64,000 nt of DNA from Eledone cirrhosa (taxonomy: Eukaryota). Location of the stretch: NCBI GenBank assembly GCA_964016885.1, contig OZ024741.1:395560001-395624000 (forward strand). The letters run 5' to 3'. Numbering within the stretch: position 1 is the first letter of the stretch; each line of letters begins with the position of its first letter. Of this stretch, positions 15,001 to 30,000 are shown piece after piece. Both the position numbers and the translations under genes were made by a program. The notes under the pieces were generated by a model that was not told the DNA's origin, did no database searches, and was given only the letters and a program-made list of their open reading frames with translations.

Positions 15001-18000
15001 ACTGGAGATATATACCGACAGTAGCTGGGGAGTTCATTCTGGGATAGAGTGACACCTTGTCCAGGGACAGTCTTACACTCTCAGTGGCTTAACAACAGGG
15101 AAACTGGAGATATATACCGACAGTAGCTGGGGAGTTCATTCTGGGATAGAGTGACACCTTGTCCAGGGACAGTCTTACACTCTCAGTGGCTTAACAACAG
15201 GGAAACTGGAGATATATACCGACAGTAGCTGGGGAGTTAATTCTGTGATAGACTGACACCTTGTCCAGGGAGTGTCTTACATTCTTAGTGGCTTAACAAC
15301 AGGGAACCCGGAGATATATACCGACAGTAGATGGGGAGTTAATTCTGTGATAGACTGACATCTTGTCCAGGGAGTGTCTTACATTCTTAGTGGCTTAACA
15401 ACAGGGAACCCGGAGATATATACCGACAGTAGATGGGGAGTTAATCCTGTGATAGACTGACGTCTTGTCCAGGGAGTGTCTTACCCTCTCAGTGGCTTAA
15501 CAACAGGGAAACTGGAGATATATACCGACAGTAGCTGGGGAGTTAATCCTGTGATAGACTGACACCTTGTCCAGGTAGAGTCTTATACTCTCAGTGGCTT
15601 AACAACAGGGAAAACGGAGATAATCACCGACAGTAGCTGGGGAGTTAATCCTGTGATAGACTGACACCTTGTCCAGGGAGAGTCTTACACTCTCAGTGTC
15701 TTAACAACAGGGAAACCGGAGATAAATACCGACAGTAACTGGGGAGTTAATTCTGTGATAGACTGACGTCTTGTCCAGTGACAGTCTTACACTCTCAGTG
15801 GCTTAACAACAGCGAAACCGGAGATAAATACCGACAATTGCTGGGGAGTTAATTCTTTGATAGACTGATACCTTGTCCAGGGACAGTCTTACATTCTCAG
15901 TGTCTTAACAACAGGGAAACTGGAGCTATATACCGACAGTAGCTGGGGAGTTCATTCTGGGATAGAGTGACACCTTGTCCAGGGAGTGTCTTACATTCTT
16001 AGTGGCTTAACAACAGGGAACCCGGAGATATATACCGACATTAGCTGTGGAGTTAATTCTGTGATAGACTGACATCTTGTCCAGGGAGTGTCTTACATTC
16101 TTAGTGGCTTAACAACAGGGAAACCGGAGATATATACCGACAGTAGCTGGGGAGTTAATCCTGTGATAGACTGACATCTTTTCCAGGGACAGTTTTACAC
16201 TCTCAGTGGCTTAACAACAGGGAAACCGGAGATATATACCGACAGTAGCTGGGGAGTTAATTCTGTGATAGACTGACATCTTTTCCAGGGAGAGTCTTAC
16301 ATTCTCAGTGGCTTAACAACAGGGAAACCGGAGATATATACCGACAGTAACTGGGGAGTTAATACTGTGATAGACTGACGTCTTGTCCAGTGACAGTCTT
16401 ACACTCTCAGTGGCTTAACAACAGCGAAATCGGAGATAAATACCGACAATTGCTGGGGAGTTAATTCTGTGATAGACTGACACCTTTTCCAGGGACAGTC
16501 TTACACTCTCAGTGGCTTAACAACAGGGAAACTGGAGATATATACCGACAGTAGCTGGGGAGTTAATTCTGTGATAGAGTGACAGCTTGTCCAGGGACAG
16601 TCTTACACTCTCAGTGGCTTAACAACAGGGAAACCGGAGATATATACCGGCAGTAGCTGGGGAGTTAATTCTGTGATAGACTGACATCTTGTCCTGGGAG
16701 AGTCTTAAATTCTTAGTGGCTTAACAACAGGGAAACCGGAGATAAATACCGACAGTAGCTGGGGAGGTAATCCTGTGATAGACTGACACCTTGTCCAGTG
16801 ACAGTCTTACACTCTCTGTGGCTTAACAACAGGGAAACCGGAGATAAATACCGACAGTAGCTGGGGAGTTAATCCTGTGATAGACTGACACCATGTCCAG
16901 TGACAGTCTTACTCTCTCAGTGGCTTAACAACAGGGAAACCGGAGATATATACCGACAGTAGTTGGAGAGTTAATCCTGTGATAGACTGACGTCTTGTCC
17001 AGTGACAGTCTTACACTCTCAGTGGCTTAAAAACAGGGAAACGGAGATAAATACCGACATTAGCTGTGGAGTTGATCCTGTGATAGACTGGCACCTTTTC
17101 CAGGGAGAGTCTTACACTCTCAGTGGCTTAACAACAGGGAAACCGGAGATATATACCGACAGTAGCTGGGGAGTTAATCCTGTGATAGACTGCCACCTTG
17201 TCCAGGGAGTGTCTTACACTCTCTGTGGCTTAACAGCAGGGAAACCGGAGATATATACTGACAGTAGCTGGGGAGTTAATCCTGTGATAGACTGACGTCT
17301 TGTCCAGGGAGTGTCTTACCCTCTCAGTGGCTTAACAACAGGGAAAACGGAGATATATACCGACAGTAGCTGGGGAGTTAATCCTGTGATAGACTGACAT
17401 CTTGTCCAGGTAGAGTCTTACGCTCTCAGTGGCTTAACAACAGGGAAAACGGAGATAATTACCGACAGTAGCTGGGGAGTTAATCCTGTGATAGACTGAC
17501 GTCTTGTCCAGGGAGTGTCTTACCCTCTCAGTGGCTTAACAACAGGGAAACCGGAGATATATACCGACAGTAGCTGGGGAGTTAATCCTGTGATAGATTG
17601 ACACCTTGTCCAGGTAGAGTCTTACACTCTCAGTGTCTTAACAACAGGGAAACCGGAGATAAATACCGACAGTAACTGGGGAGTTAATTCTGTGATAGAC
17701 TGACGTCTTGTCCAGTGACAGTCTTACACTCTCAGTGGCTTAACAACAGGGAAACTGGAGATATATACCGACAGTAGCTGGGGAGTTAATCCTGTGATAG
17801 ACTGACGTCTTGTCCAGTGACAGTCTTACACTCTCAGTGGCTTAACAACAGGGAAACTGGAGATATATACCGACAGTAGCTGGGGAGTTCATTCTGGGAT
17901 AGAGTGACACCTTGTCCAGGGACAGTCTTACACTCTCAGTGGCTTAACAACAGGGAAACTGGAGATATATACCGACAGTAGCTGGGGAGTTCATTCTGGG

Positions 18001-21000
18001 ATAGAGTGACACCTTGTCCAGGGAGTGTCTTACACTCTCAGTGGCTTAACAACAGGGAAACTGGAGATATATACCGACAGTAGCTGGGGAGTTCATTCTG
18101 GGATAGAGTGACACCTTGTCCAGGGACAGTCTTACACTCTCAGTGGCTTAACAACAGGGAAACTGGAGATATATACCGACAGTAGCTGGGGAGTTCATTC
18201 TGGGATAGAGTGACACCTTGTCCAGGGACAGTCTTACACTCTCAGTGGCTTAACAACAGGGAAACTGGAGATATATACCGACAGTAGCTGGGGAGTTAAT
18301 TCTGTGATAGACTGACACCTTGTCCAGGGAGTGTCTTACATTCTTAGTGGCTTAACAACAGGGAACCCGGAGATATATACCGACAGTAGATGGGGAGTTA
18401 ATTCTGTGATAGACTGACATCTTGTCCAGGGAGTGTCTTACATTCTTAGTGGCTTAACAACAGGGAACCCGGAGATATATACCGACAGTAGATGGGGAGT
18501 TAATCCTGTGATAGACTGACGTCTTGTCCAGGGAGTGTCTTACCCTCTCAGTGGCTTAACAACAGGGAAACTGGAGATATATACCGACAGTAGCTGGGGA
18601 GTTAATCCTGTGATAGACTGACACCTTGTCCAGGTAGAGTCTTATACTCTCAGTGGCTTAACAACAGGGAAAACGGAGATAATCACCGACAGTAGCTAGG
18701 GAGTTAATCCTGTGATAGACTGACACCTTGTCCAGGGAGAGTCTTACACTCTCAGTGTCTTAACAACAGGGAAACCGGAGATAAATACCGACAGTAACTG
18801 GGGAGTTAATTCTGTGATAGACTGACGTCTTGTCCAGTGACAGTCTTACACTCTCAGTGGCTTAACAACAGCGAAACCGGAGATAAATACCGACAATTGC
18901 TGGGGAGTTAATTCTTTGATAGACTGATACCTTGTCCAGGGACAGTCTTACACTCTCAGTGGCTTAACAACAGGGAAACTGGAGCTATATACCGACAGTA
19001 GCTGGGGAGTTCATTCTGGGATAGAGTGACACCTTGTCCAGGGAGTGTCTTACATTCTTAGTGGCTTAACAACAGGGAACCCGGAGATATATACCGACAT
19101 TAGCTGTGGAGTTAATTCTGTGATAGACTGACATCTTGTCCAGGGAGTGTCTTACATTCTTAGTGGCTTAACAACAGGGAAACCGGAGATATATACCGAC
19201 AGTAGCTGGGGAGTTAATCCTGTGATAGACTGACGTCTTGTCCAGTGACAGTCTTACACTCTCGGTAGCTTAACAACAGGGAAATTGGAGATATATACCG
19301 ACAGTAGCTGGGGAGTTAATTCTGTGATAGACTGACACCTTGTCCAGGTAGAGTCTTATACTCTCAGTGTCTTAACAACAGGGAAACCGGAGATAAATAC
19401 CGACAGTAACTGGGGCGTTAATACTGTGATAGACTGACGTCTTGTCCAGTGACAGTCTTACACTCTCAGTGGCTTAACAACAGCGAAACCGGAGATAAAT
19501 ACCGACAATTGCTGGGGAGTTAATTCTTTGATAGACTGATTCCTTGTCCAGGGACAGTCTTACACTCTCAGTGGCTTAACAACAGGGAAACTGGAGATAT
19601 ATACCGACAGTAGCTGGGGAGTTCATTCTGTGATAGAGTGACACCTTGTCCAGGGACAGTCTTACACTCTCAGTGGCTTAACAACAGGGAAACTGGAGAT
19701 ATATACCGACAGTAGCTGGGGAGTTAATTCTGTGATTGACTGACATCTTGTCCAGGGAGTGTCTTACATTCTTAGTGGCTTAACAACAGGGAACCCGGAG
19801 ATATATACCGACAGTAGCTGGGGTGTTAATCCTGTGATAGACTGACACCTTGTCCAGGGAGAGTCTTACACTCTCAGTGGCTTAACAACAGGGAAACCGG
19901 AGATATATACCGACACTAGCTGGGGAGTTAATCCTGTGATAGACTGCCACCTTGTCCAGGGAGTGTCTTACACTCTCTGTGGCTTAACAGCAGGGAAACC
20001 GGAGATATATACCGACAGTAGCTGGGGAGTTAATCCTGTGATAGACTGCCACCTTGTCCAGGGAGTGTCTTACACTCTCTGGCTTAACAGCAGGGAAACC
20101 GGAGTTATATACCGACAGTAGCTGGGGAGTTAATCCTGTGATAGACTGACACCTTGTCCAGGGAGAGTCTTACACTCTCTGTTTCTTATCAACAGGGAAA
20201 CCGGAGATAAATAACGACAGTAGCTGGGGAGTTAATTCTGTGATAGACTGACACCTTGTCCAGGGACAGTCTTACACTCTCAGTGGCTTAACAACAGGGA
20301 AACCGGAGATATATACCGACAGTAGCTGGGGAGTAAATTCTGTGATAGACTGACACCTTGTCCAGGGACAGTCTTACATTCTCAGTGGCTTAACAACAGG
20401 GAAACCGGAGATATATACCGACAGTAGCTGGGGAGTTAATCCTGTGATAGACTGACACCTTGTCCAGGGAGAGTCTTACACTCTCAGTGGCTTAACAACA
20501 GGGAAACCGGAGATATATACCGACAGTAGCTAGGGAGTTAATTCTGTGATAGACTGACACCTTGTCCAGGGACAGTCTTACACTCTCAGTGGCTTAACAA
20601 CAGGGAAACCGGAGATATATACCGACAGTAGCTAGGGAGTTAATTCTGTGATAGACTGACGTCTTGTCCAGGGAGAGTCTTACACTCTCAGTGGCTTAAC
20701 AACAGGGAAACCGGAGATATATACCGACAGTAGCTGGGGAGTTAACCCTGTGACAGACTGACACCATTTCCAGGGAGAGTCTTACACTCTCTGTATCTTA
20801 TCAACAGGGAAACCGGAGATAAATAACGACAGTAGCTGGGGAGTTAATCCTGTGACAGACTGACGCCTTGTCCAGGGAGAGTCTTACACTCTCAGTGGCT
20901 TAACAACAGGGAAACCCGAGATATATACCGACAGTAGTTGGGAAGTTAATCCTGTGATAGACTGACGTCTTGTCCAGTGACAGTCTTACACTCTCAGTGG

Positions 21001-24000
21001 CTTAACAACAGGGAAACTGGAGATATATACCGACAGTAGCTGGGGAGTTAATTCTGTGATAGAGTGACACCTTGTCCAGGGACAGTCTTACACTCTCAGT
21101 GGCTTAACAACAGGGAAACCGGAGATATATACCGGCAGTAGCTGGGGAGTTAATTCTGTGATAGACTGACATCTTGTCCAGGGAGAGTCTTAAATTCTTA
21201 GTGGCTTAACAACAGGGAAACCGGAGATAAATACCGACAGTAGCTGGGGAGTTAATCCTGTGATAGACTGACACCTTGTCCAGTGACAGTCTTACACTCT
21301 CTGTGGCTTAACAACAGGGAAACCGGAGATAAATACCGACAGTAGCTGGGGAGTTAATCCTGTGATAGACTGACACCATGTCCAGTGACAGTCTTACTCT
21401 CTCAGTGGCTTAACAACAGGGAAACCGGAGATATATACCGACAGTAGTTGGAGAGTTAATCCTGTGATAGACTGACGTCTTGTCCAGTGACAGTCTTACA
21501 CTCTCAGTGGCTTAAAAACAGGGAAACGGAGATAAATACCGACATTAGCTGTGGAGTTGATCCTGTGATAGACTGGCACCTTTTCCAGGGAGAGTCTTAC
21601 ACTCTCAGTGGCTTAACAACAGGGAAACCGGAGATATATACCGACAGTAGCTGGGGAGTTAATCCTGTGATAGACTGCCACCTTGTCCAGGGAGTGTCTT
21701 ACACTCTCTGTGGCTTAACAGCAGGGAAACCGGAGATATATACTGACAGTAGCTGGGGAGTTAATCCTGTGATAGACTGACGTCTTGTCCAGGGAGTGTC
21801 TTACCCTCTCAGTGGCTTAACAACAGGGAAAACGGAGATATATACCGACAGTAGCTGGGGAGTTAATCCTGTGATAGACTGACATCTTGTCCAGGTAGAG
21901 TCTTACGCTCTCAGTGGCTTAACAACAGGGAAAACGGAGATAATTACCGACAGTAGCTGGGGAGTTAATCCTGTGATAGACTGACGTCTTGTCCAGGGAG
22001 TGTCTTACCCTCTCAGTGGCTTAACAACAGGGAAACCGGAGATATATACCGACAGTAGCTGGGGAGTTAATCCTGTGATAGATTGACACCTTGTCCAGGT
22101 AGAGTCTTACACTCTCAGTGTCTTAACAACAGGGAAACCGGAGATAAATACCGACAGTAACTGGGGAGTTAATTCTGTGATAGACTGACGTCTTGTCCAG
22201 TGACAGTCTTACACTCTCAGTGGCTTAACAACAGGGAAACTGGAGATATATACCGACAGTAGCTGGGGAGTTAATCCTGTGATAGACTGACGTCTTGTCC
22301 AGTGACAGTCTTACACTCTCAGTGGCTTAACAACAGGGAAACTGGAGATATATACCGACAGTAGCTGGGGAGTTCATTCTGGGATAGAGTGACACCTTGT
22401 CCAGGGACAGTCTTACACTCTCAGTGGCTTAACAACAGGGAAACTGGAGATATATACCGACAGTAGCTGGGGAGTTCATTCTGGGATAGAGTGACACCTT
22501 GTCCAGGGACAGTCTTACACTCTCAGTGGCTTAACAACAGGGAAACTGGAGATATATACCGACAGTAGCTGGGGAGTTCATTCTGGGATAGAGTGACACC
22601 TTGTCCAGGGACAGTCTTACACTCTCAGTGGCTTAACAACAGGGAAACTGGAGATATATACCGACAGTAGCTGGGGAGTTCATTCTGGGATAGAGTGACA
22701 CCTTGTCCAGGGACAGTCTTACACTCTCAGTGGCTTAACAACAGGGAAACTGGAGATATATACCGACAGTAGCTGGGGAGTTAATTCTGTGATAGACTGA
22801 CACCTTGTCCAGGGAGTGTCTTACATTCTTAGTGGCTTAACAACAGGGAACCCGGAGATATATACCGACAGTAGATGGGGAGTTAATTCTGTGATAGACT
22901 GACATCTTGTCCAGGGAGTGTCTTACATTCTTAGTGGCTTAACAACAGGGAACCCGGAGATATATACCGACAGTAGATGGGGAGTTAATCCTGTGATAGA
23001 CTGACGTCTTGTCCAGGGAGTGTCTTACCCTCTCAGTGGCTTAACAACAGGGAAACTGGAGATATATACCGACAGTAGCTGGGGAGTTAATCCTGTGATA
23101 GACTGACACCTTGTCCAGGTAGAGTCTTATACTCTCAGTGGCTTAACAACAGGGAAAACGGAGATAATCACCGACAGTAGCTGGGGAGTTAATCCTGTGA
23201 TAGACTGACACCTTGTCCAGGGAGAGTCTTACACTCTCAGTGTCTTAACAACAGGGAAACCGGAGATAAATACCGACAGTAACTGGGGAGTTAATTCTGT
23301 GATAGACTGACGTCTTGTCCAGTGACAGTCTTACACTCTCAGTGGCTTAACAACAGCGAAACCGGAGATAAATACCGACAATTGCTGGGGAGTTAATTCT
23401 TTGATAGACTGATACCTTGTCCAGGGACAGTCTTACACTCTCAGTGGCTTAACAACAGGGAAACTGGAGCTATATACCGACAGTAGCTGGGGAGTTCATT
23501 CTGGGATAGAGTGACACCTTGTCCAGGGAGTGTCTTACATTCTTAGTGGCTTAACAACAGGGAACCCGGAGATATATACCGACATTAGCTGTGGAGTTAA
23601 TTCTGTGATAGACTGACATCTTGTCCAGGGAGTGTCTTACATTCTTAGTGGCTTAACAACAGGGAAACCGGAGATATATACCGACAGTAGCTGGGGAGTT
23701 AATCCTGTGATAGACTGACGTCTTGTCCAGGGAGTGTCTTACCCTCTCAGTGGCTTAACAACAGGGAAACTGGAGATATATACCGACAGTAGCTGGGGAG
23801 TTAATCCTGTGATAGACTGACACCTTGTCCAGGTAGAGTCTTATACTCTCAGTGGCTTAACAACAGGGAAAACGGAGATAATTACCGACAGTAGCTGGGG
23901 AGTTAATCCTGTGATAGACTGACGTCTTGTCCAGGGAGAGTCTTACACTCTCAGTGGCTTAACAACAGGGAAACCGGAGATATATAGCGACAGTAGCTGG

Positions 24001-27000
24001 GGAGTTAACCCTGTGACAGACTGACGCCTTGTCCAGGGAGAGTCTTACACTCTCAGTGGCTTAACAACAGGGAAACCCGAGATATATACCGACAGTAGTT
24101 GGGGAGTTAATCCTGTGATAGACTGACGTCTTGTCCAGTGACAGTCTTACACTCTCGGTAGCTTAACAACAGGGAAATTGGAGATATATACCGACAGTAG
24201 CTGGGGAGTTAATTCTGTGATAGACTGACACCTTGTCCAGGTAGAGTCTTACACTCTCAGTGTCTTAACAACAGGGAAACCGGAGATAAATACCGACAGT
24301 AACTGGGGCGTTAATACTGTGATAGACTGACGTCTTGTCCAGTGACAGTCTTACACTCTCAGTGGCTTAACAACAGCGAAACCGGAGATAAATACCGACA
24401 ATTGCTGGGGAGTTAATTCTTTGATAGACTGATTCCTTGTCCAGGGACAGTCTTACACTCTCAGTGGCTTAACAACAGGGAAACTGGAGATATATACCGA
24501 CAGTAGCTGGGGAGTTCATTCTGTGATAGAGTGACACCTTGTCCAGGGACAGTCTTACACTCTCAGTGGCTTAACAACAGGGAAACTGGAGATATATACC
24601 GACAGTAGCTGGGGAGTTAATTCTGTGATTGACTGACATCTTGTCCAGGGAGTGTCTTACATTCTTAGTGGCTTAACAACAGGGAACCCGGAGATATATA
24701 CCGACAGTAGCTGGGGTGTTAATCCTGTGATAGACTGCCACCTTGTCCAGGGAGTGTCTTACACTCTCTGTGGCTTAACAGCAGGGAAACCGGAGATATA
24801 TACCGACAGTAGCTGGGGAGTTAATCCTGTGATAGACTGCCACCTTGTCCAGGGAGTGTCTTACACTCTCTGGCTTAACAGCAGGGAAACCGGAGTTATA
24901 TACCGACAGTAGCTGGGGAGTTAATCCTGTGATAGACTGACACCTTGTCCAGGGAGAGTCTTACACTCTCTGTTTCTTATCAACAGGGAAACCGGAGATA
25001 AATAACGACAGTAGCTGGGGAGTTAATTCTGTGATAGACTGACACCTTGTCCAGGGACAGTCTTACACTCTCAGTGGCTTAACAACAGGGAAACCGGAGA
25101 TATATACCGACAGTAGCTGGGGAGTAAATTCTGTGATAGACTGACACCTTGTCCAGGGACAGTCTTACATTCTCAGTGGCTTAACAACAGGGAAACCGGA
25201 GATATATACCGACAGTAGCTGGGGAGTTAATCCTGTGATAGACTGACACCTTGTCCAGGGAGAGTCTTACACTCTCAGTGGCTTAACAACAGGGAAACCG
25301 GAGATATATACCGACAGTAGCTAGGGAGTTAATTCTGTGATAGACTGACACCTTGTCCAGGGACAGTCTTACACTCTCAGTGGCTTAACAACAGGGAAAC
25401 CGGAGATATATACCGACAGTAGCTAGGGAGTTAATTCTGTGATAGACTGACGTCTTGTCCAGGGAGAGTCTTACACTCTCAGTGGCTTAACAACAGGGAA
25501 ACCGGAGATATATACCGACAGTAGCTGGGGAGTTAACCCTGTGACAGACTGACACCATTTCCAGGGAGAGTCTTACACTCTCTGTATCTTATCAACAGGG
25601 AAACCGGAGATAAATAACGACAGTAGCTGGGGAGTTAATCCTGTGACAGACTGACGCCTTGTCCAGGGAGAGTCTTACACTCTCAGTGGCTTAACAACAG
25701 GGAAACCCGAGATATATACCGACAGTAGTTGGGAAGTTAATCCTGTGATAGACTGACGTCTTGTCCAGTGACAGTCTTACACTCTCAGTGGCTTAACAAC
25801 AGGGAAACCGGAGATATATACCGACAGTAGCTGGGGAGTTAATTCTGTGATAGACTGACACCTTGTCCAGGGAGAGTCTTACACTCTCAGTGGCTTAACA
25901 ACAGGGAGACCGGAGATAAATAACGACAGTAGCTGGGGAGTTAATTCTGTGATAGACTGACATCTTTTCCAGGGACAGTTTTACACTCTCAGTGGCTTAA
26001 CAACAGGGAAACCGGAGATATATACCGACAGTAGCTGGGGAGTTAATTCTGTGATAGACTGACATCTTTTCCAGGGAGAGTCTTACATTCTCAGTGGCTT
26101 AACAACAGGGAAACCGGAGATATATACCGACAGTAACTGGGGAGTTAATACTGTGATAGACTGACGTCTTGTCCAGTGACAGTCTTACACTTTCAGTGGC
26201 TTAACAACAGCGAAATCGGAGATAAATACCGACAATTGCTGGGGAGTTAATTCTGTGATAGACTGACACCTTTTCCAGGGACAGTCTTACACTCTCAGTG
26301 GCTTAACAACAGGGAAACTGGAGATATATACCGACAGTAGCTGGGGAGTTAATTCTGTGATAGAGTGACACCTTGTCCATGGACAGTCTTACACTCTCAG
26401 TGGCTTAACAACAGGGAAACCGGAGATATATACCGGCAGTAGCTGGGGAGTTAATTCTGTGATAGACTGACATCTTGTCCAGGGAGAGTCTTAAATTCTT
26501 AGTGGCTTAACAACAGGGAAACCGGAGATAAATACCGACAGTAGCTGGGGAGGTAATCCTGTGATAGACTGACACCTTGTCCAGTGACAGTCTTACACTC
26601 TCTGTGGCTTAACAACAGGGAAACCGGAGATAAATACCGACAGTAGCTGGGGAGTTAATCCTGTGATAGACTGACACCATGTCCAGTGACAGTCTTACTC
26701 TCTCAGTGGCTTAACAACAGGGAAACCGGAGATATATACCGACAGTAGTTGGGGAGTTAATCCTGTGATAGACTGACGTCTTGTCCAGGTAGAGTCTTAC
26801 ACTCTCAGTGGCTTAAAAACAGGGAAACGGAGATAAATACCGACATTAGCTGTGGAGTTGATCCTGTGATAGACTGGCACCTTTTCCAGGGAGAGTCTTA
26901 CACTCTCAGTGGCTTAACAGGGAAACCGGAGATATATACCGACAGTAGCTGGGGAGTTAATCCTGTGATAGACTGCCACCTTGTCCAGGGAGTGTCTTAC

Positions 27001-30000
27001 ACTCTCTGTGGCTTAACAGCAGGGAAACCGGAGATATATACTGACAGTAGCTGGGGAGTTAATCCTGTGATAGACTGACGTCTTGTCCAGGGAGTGTCTT
27101 ACCCTCTCAGTGGCTTAACAACAGGGAAAACGGAGATATATACCGACAGTAGCTGGGGAGATAATCCTGTGATAGACTGACATCTTGTCCAGGTAGAGTC
27201 TTACGCTCTCAGTGGCTTAACAACAGGGAAAACGGAGATAATTACCGACAGTAGCTGGGGAGTTAATCCTGTGATAGACTGACGTCTTGTCCAGGGAGTG
27301 TCTTACCCTCTCAGTGGCTTAACAACAGGGAAACCGGAGATATATACCGACAGTAGCTGGGGAGTTAATCCTGTGATAGACTGACACCTTGTCCAGGTAG
27401 AGTCTTACACTCTCAGTGTCTTAACAACAGGGAAACCGGAGATAAATACCGACAGTAACTGGGGAGTTAATTCTGTGATAGACTGACGTCTTGTCCAGTG
27501 ACAGTCTTACACTCTCAGTGGCTTAACAACAGCGAAACCGGAGGTAAATACCGACAATTGCTGGGGAGTTAATTCTTTGATAGACGGATACCTTGTCCAG
27601 GGACAGTCTTACACTCTCTGTGGCTTAACAACAGGGAAACTGGAGATATATACCGACAGTAGCTGGGGAGTTCATTCTGGGATAGAGTGACACCTTGTCC
27701 AGGGACAGTCTTACACTCTCAGTGGCTTAACAACAGGGAAACTGGAGATATATACCGACAGTAGCTGGAGAGTTCATTCTGGGATAGAGTGACACCTTGT
27801 CCAGGGACAGTCTTACACTCTCAGTGGCTTAACAACAGGGAAACTGGAGATATATACCGACAGTAGCTGGGGAGTTCATTCTGGGATAGAGTGACACCTT
27901 GTCCAGGGACAGTCTTACACTCTCAGTGGCTTAACAACAGGGAAACTGGAGATATATACCGACAGTAGCTGGGGAGTTCATTCTGGGATAGAGTGACACC
28001 TTGTCCAGGGACAGTCTTACACTCTCAGTGGCTTAACAACAGAGAAACTGGAGATATATACCGACCGTAGCTGGGGAGTTCATTCTGTGATAGACTGACA
28101 CCTTGTCCAGGGAGTGTCTTACATTCTTAGTGGCTTAACAACAGGGAACCCGGAGATATATACCGACAGTAGATGGGGAGTTCATTCTGGGATAGAGTGA
28201 CACCTTGTCCAGGGAGTGTCTTACATTCTTAGTGGCTTAACAACAGGGAACCCGGAGATATATACCGACATTAGCTGTGGAGTTAATTCTGTGATAGACT
28301 GACATCTTGTCCAGGGAGTGTCTTACCCTCTCAGTGGCTTAACAACAGGGAAACTGGAGATATATACCGACAGTAGCTGGGGAGTTAATCCTGTGATAGA
28401 CTGACACCTTGTCCAGGTAGAGTCTTATACTCTCAGTGGCTTAACAACAGGGAAAACGGAGATAATCACCGACAGTAGCTGGGGAGTTAATCCTGTGATA
28501 GACTGACACCTTGTCCAGGGAGAGTCTTACACTCTCAGTGTCTTAACAACAGGGAAACCGGAGATAAATACCGACAGTAACTGGGGAGTTAATTCTGTGA
28601 TAGACTGACGTCTTGTCCAGTGACAGTCTTACACTCTCAGTGGCTTAACAACAGCGAAACCGGAGATAAATACCGACAATTGCTGGGGAGTTAATTCTTT
28701 GATAGACTGATACCTTTTCCAGGGACAGTCTTACACTCTCAGTGGCTTAACAACAGGGAAACTGGAGCTATATACCGACAGTAGCTGGGGAGTTCATTCT
28801 GGGATAGAGTGACACCTTGTCCAGGGAGTGTCTTACATTCTTAGTGGCTTAACAACAGGGAACCCGGAGATATATACCGACATTAGCTGTGGAGTTAATT
28901 CTGTGATAGACTGACATCTTGTCCAGGGAGTGTCTTACACTCTCTGTGGCTTAACAGCAGGGAAACCGGAGATATATACTGACAGTAGCTGGGGAGTTAA
29001 TCCTGTGATAGACTGACGTCTTGTCCAGGGAGTGTCTTACCCTCTCAGTGGCTTAACAACAGGGAAACTGGAGATATATACCGACAGTAGCTGGGGAGTT
29101 AATCCTGTGATAGACTGACACCTTGTCCAGGTAGAGTCTTATACTCTCAGTGGCTTAACAACAGGGAAAACGGAAATAATTACCGACAGTAGCTGGGGAG
29201 TTAATCCTGTGATAGACTGACGTCTTGTCCAGGGAGAGTCTTACACTCTCAGTGGCTTAACAACAGGGAAACCGGAGATATATAGCGACAGTAGCTGGGG
29301 AGTTAACCCTGTGACAGACTGACGCCTTGTCCAGGGAGAGTCTTACACTCTCAGTGGCTTAACAACAGGGAAACCCGAGATATATACCGACAGTAGTTGG
29401 GGAGTTAATCCTGTGATAGACTGACGTCTTGTCCAGTGACAGTCTTACACTCTCGGTAGCTTAACAACAGGGAAATTGGAGATATATACCGACAGTAGCT
29501 GGGGAGTTAATTCTGTGATAGACTGACACCTTGTCCAGGGAGAGTCTTACACTCTCAGTGTCTTAACAACAGGGAAACCGGAGATAAATACCGACAGTAA
29601 CTGGGGCGTTAATACTGTGATAGACTGACGTCTTGTCCAGTGACAGTCTTACACTCTCAGTGGCTTAACAACAGCGAAACCGGAGATAAATACCGACAAT
29701 TGCTGGGGAGTTAATTCTTTGATAGACTGATTACTTGTCCAGGGACAGTCTTACACTCTCAGTGGCTTAACAACAGGGAAACTGGAGATATATACCGACA
29801 GTAGCTGGGGAGTTAATTCTGTGATTGACTGACATCTTGTCCAGGGAGTGTCTTACATTCTTAGTGGCTTAACAACAGGGAACCCGGAGATATATACCGA
29901 CAGTAGCTGGGGTGTTAATCCTGTGATAGACTGACACCTTGTCCAGGGAGAGTCTTACACTCTCAGTGGCTTAACAACAGGGAAACCGGAGATATATACC

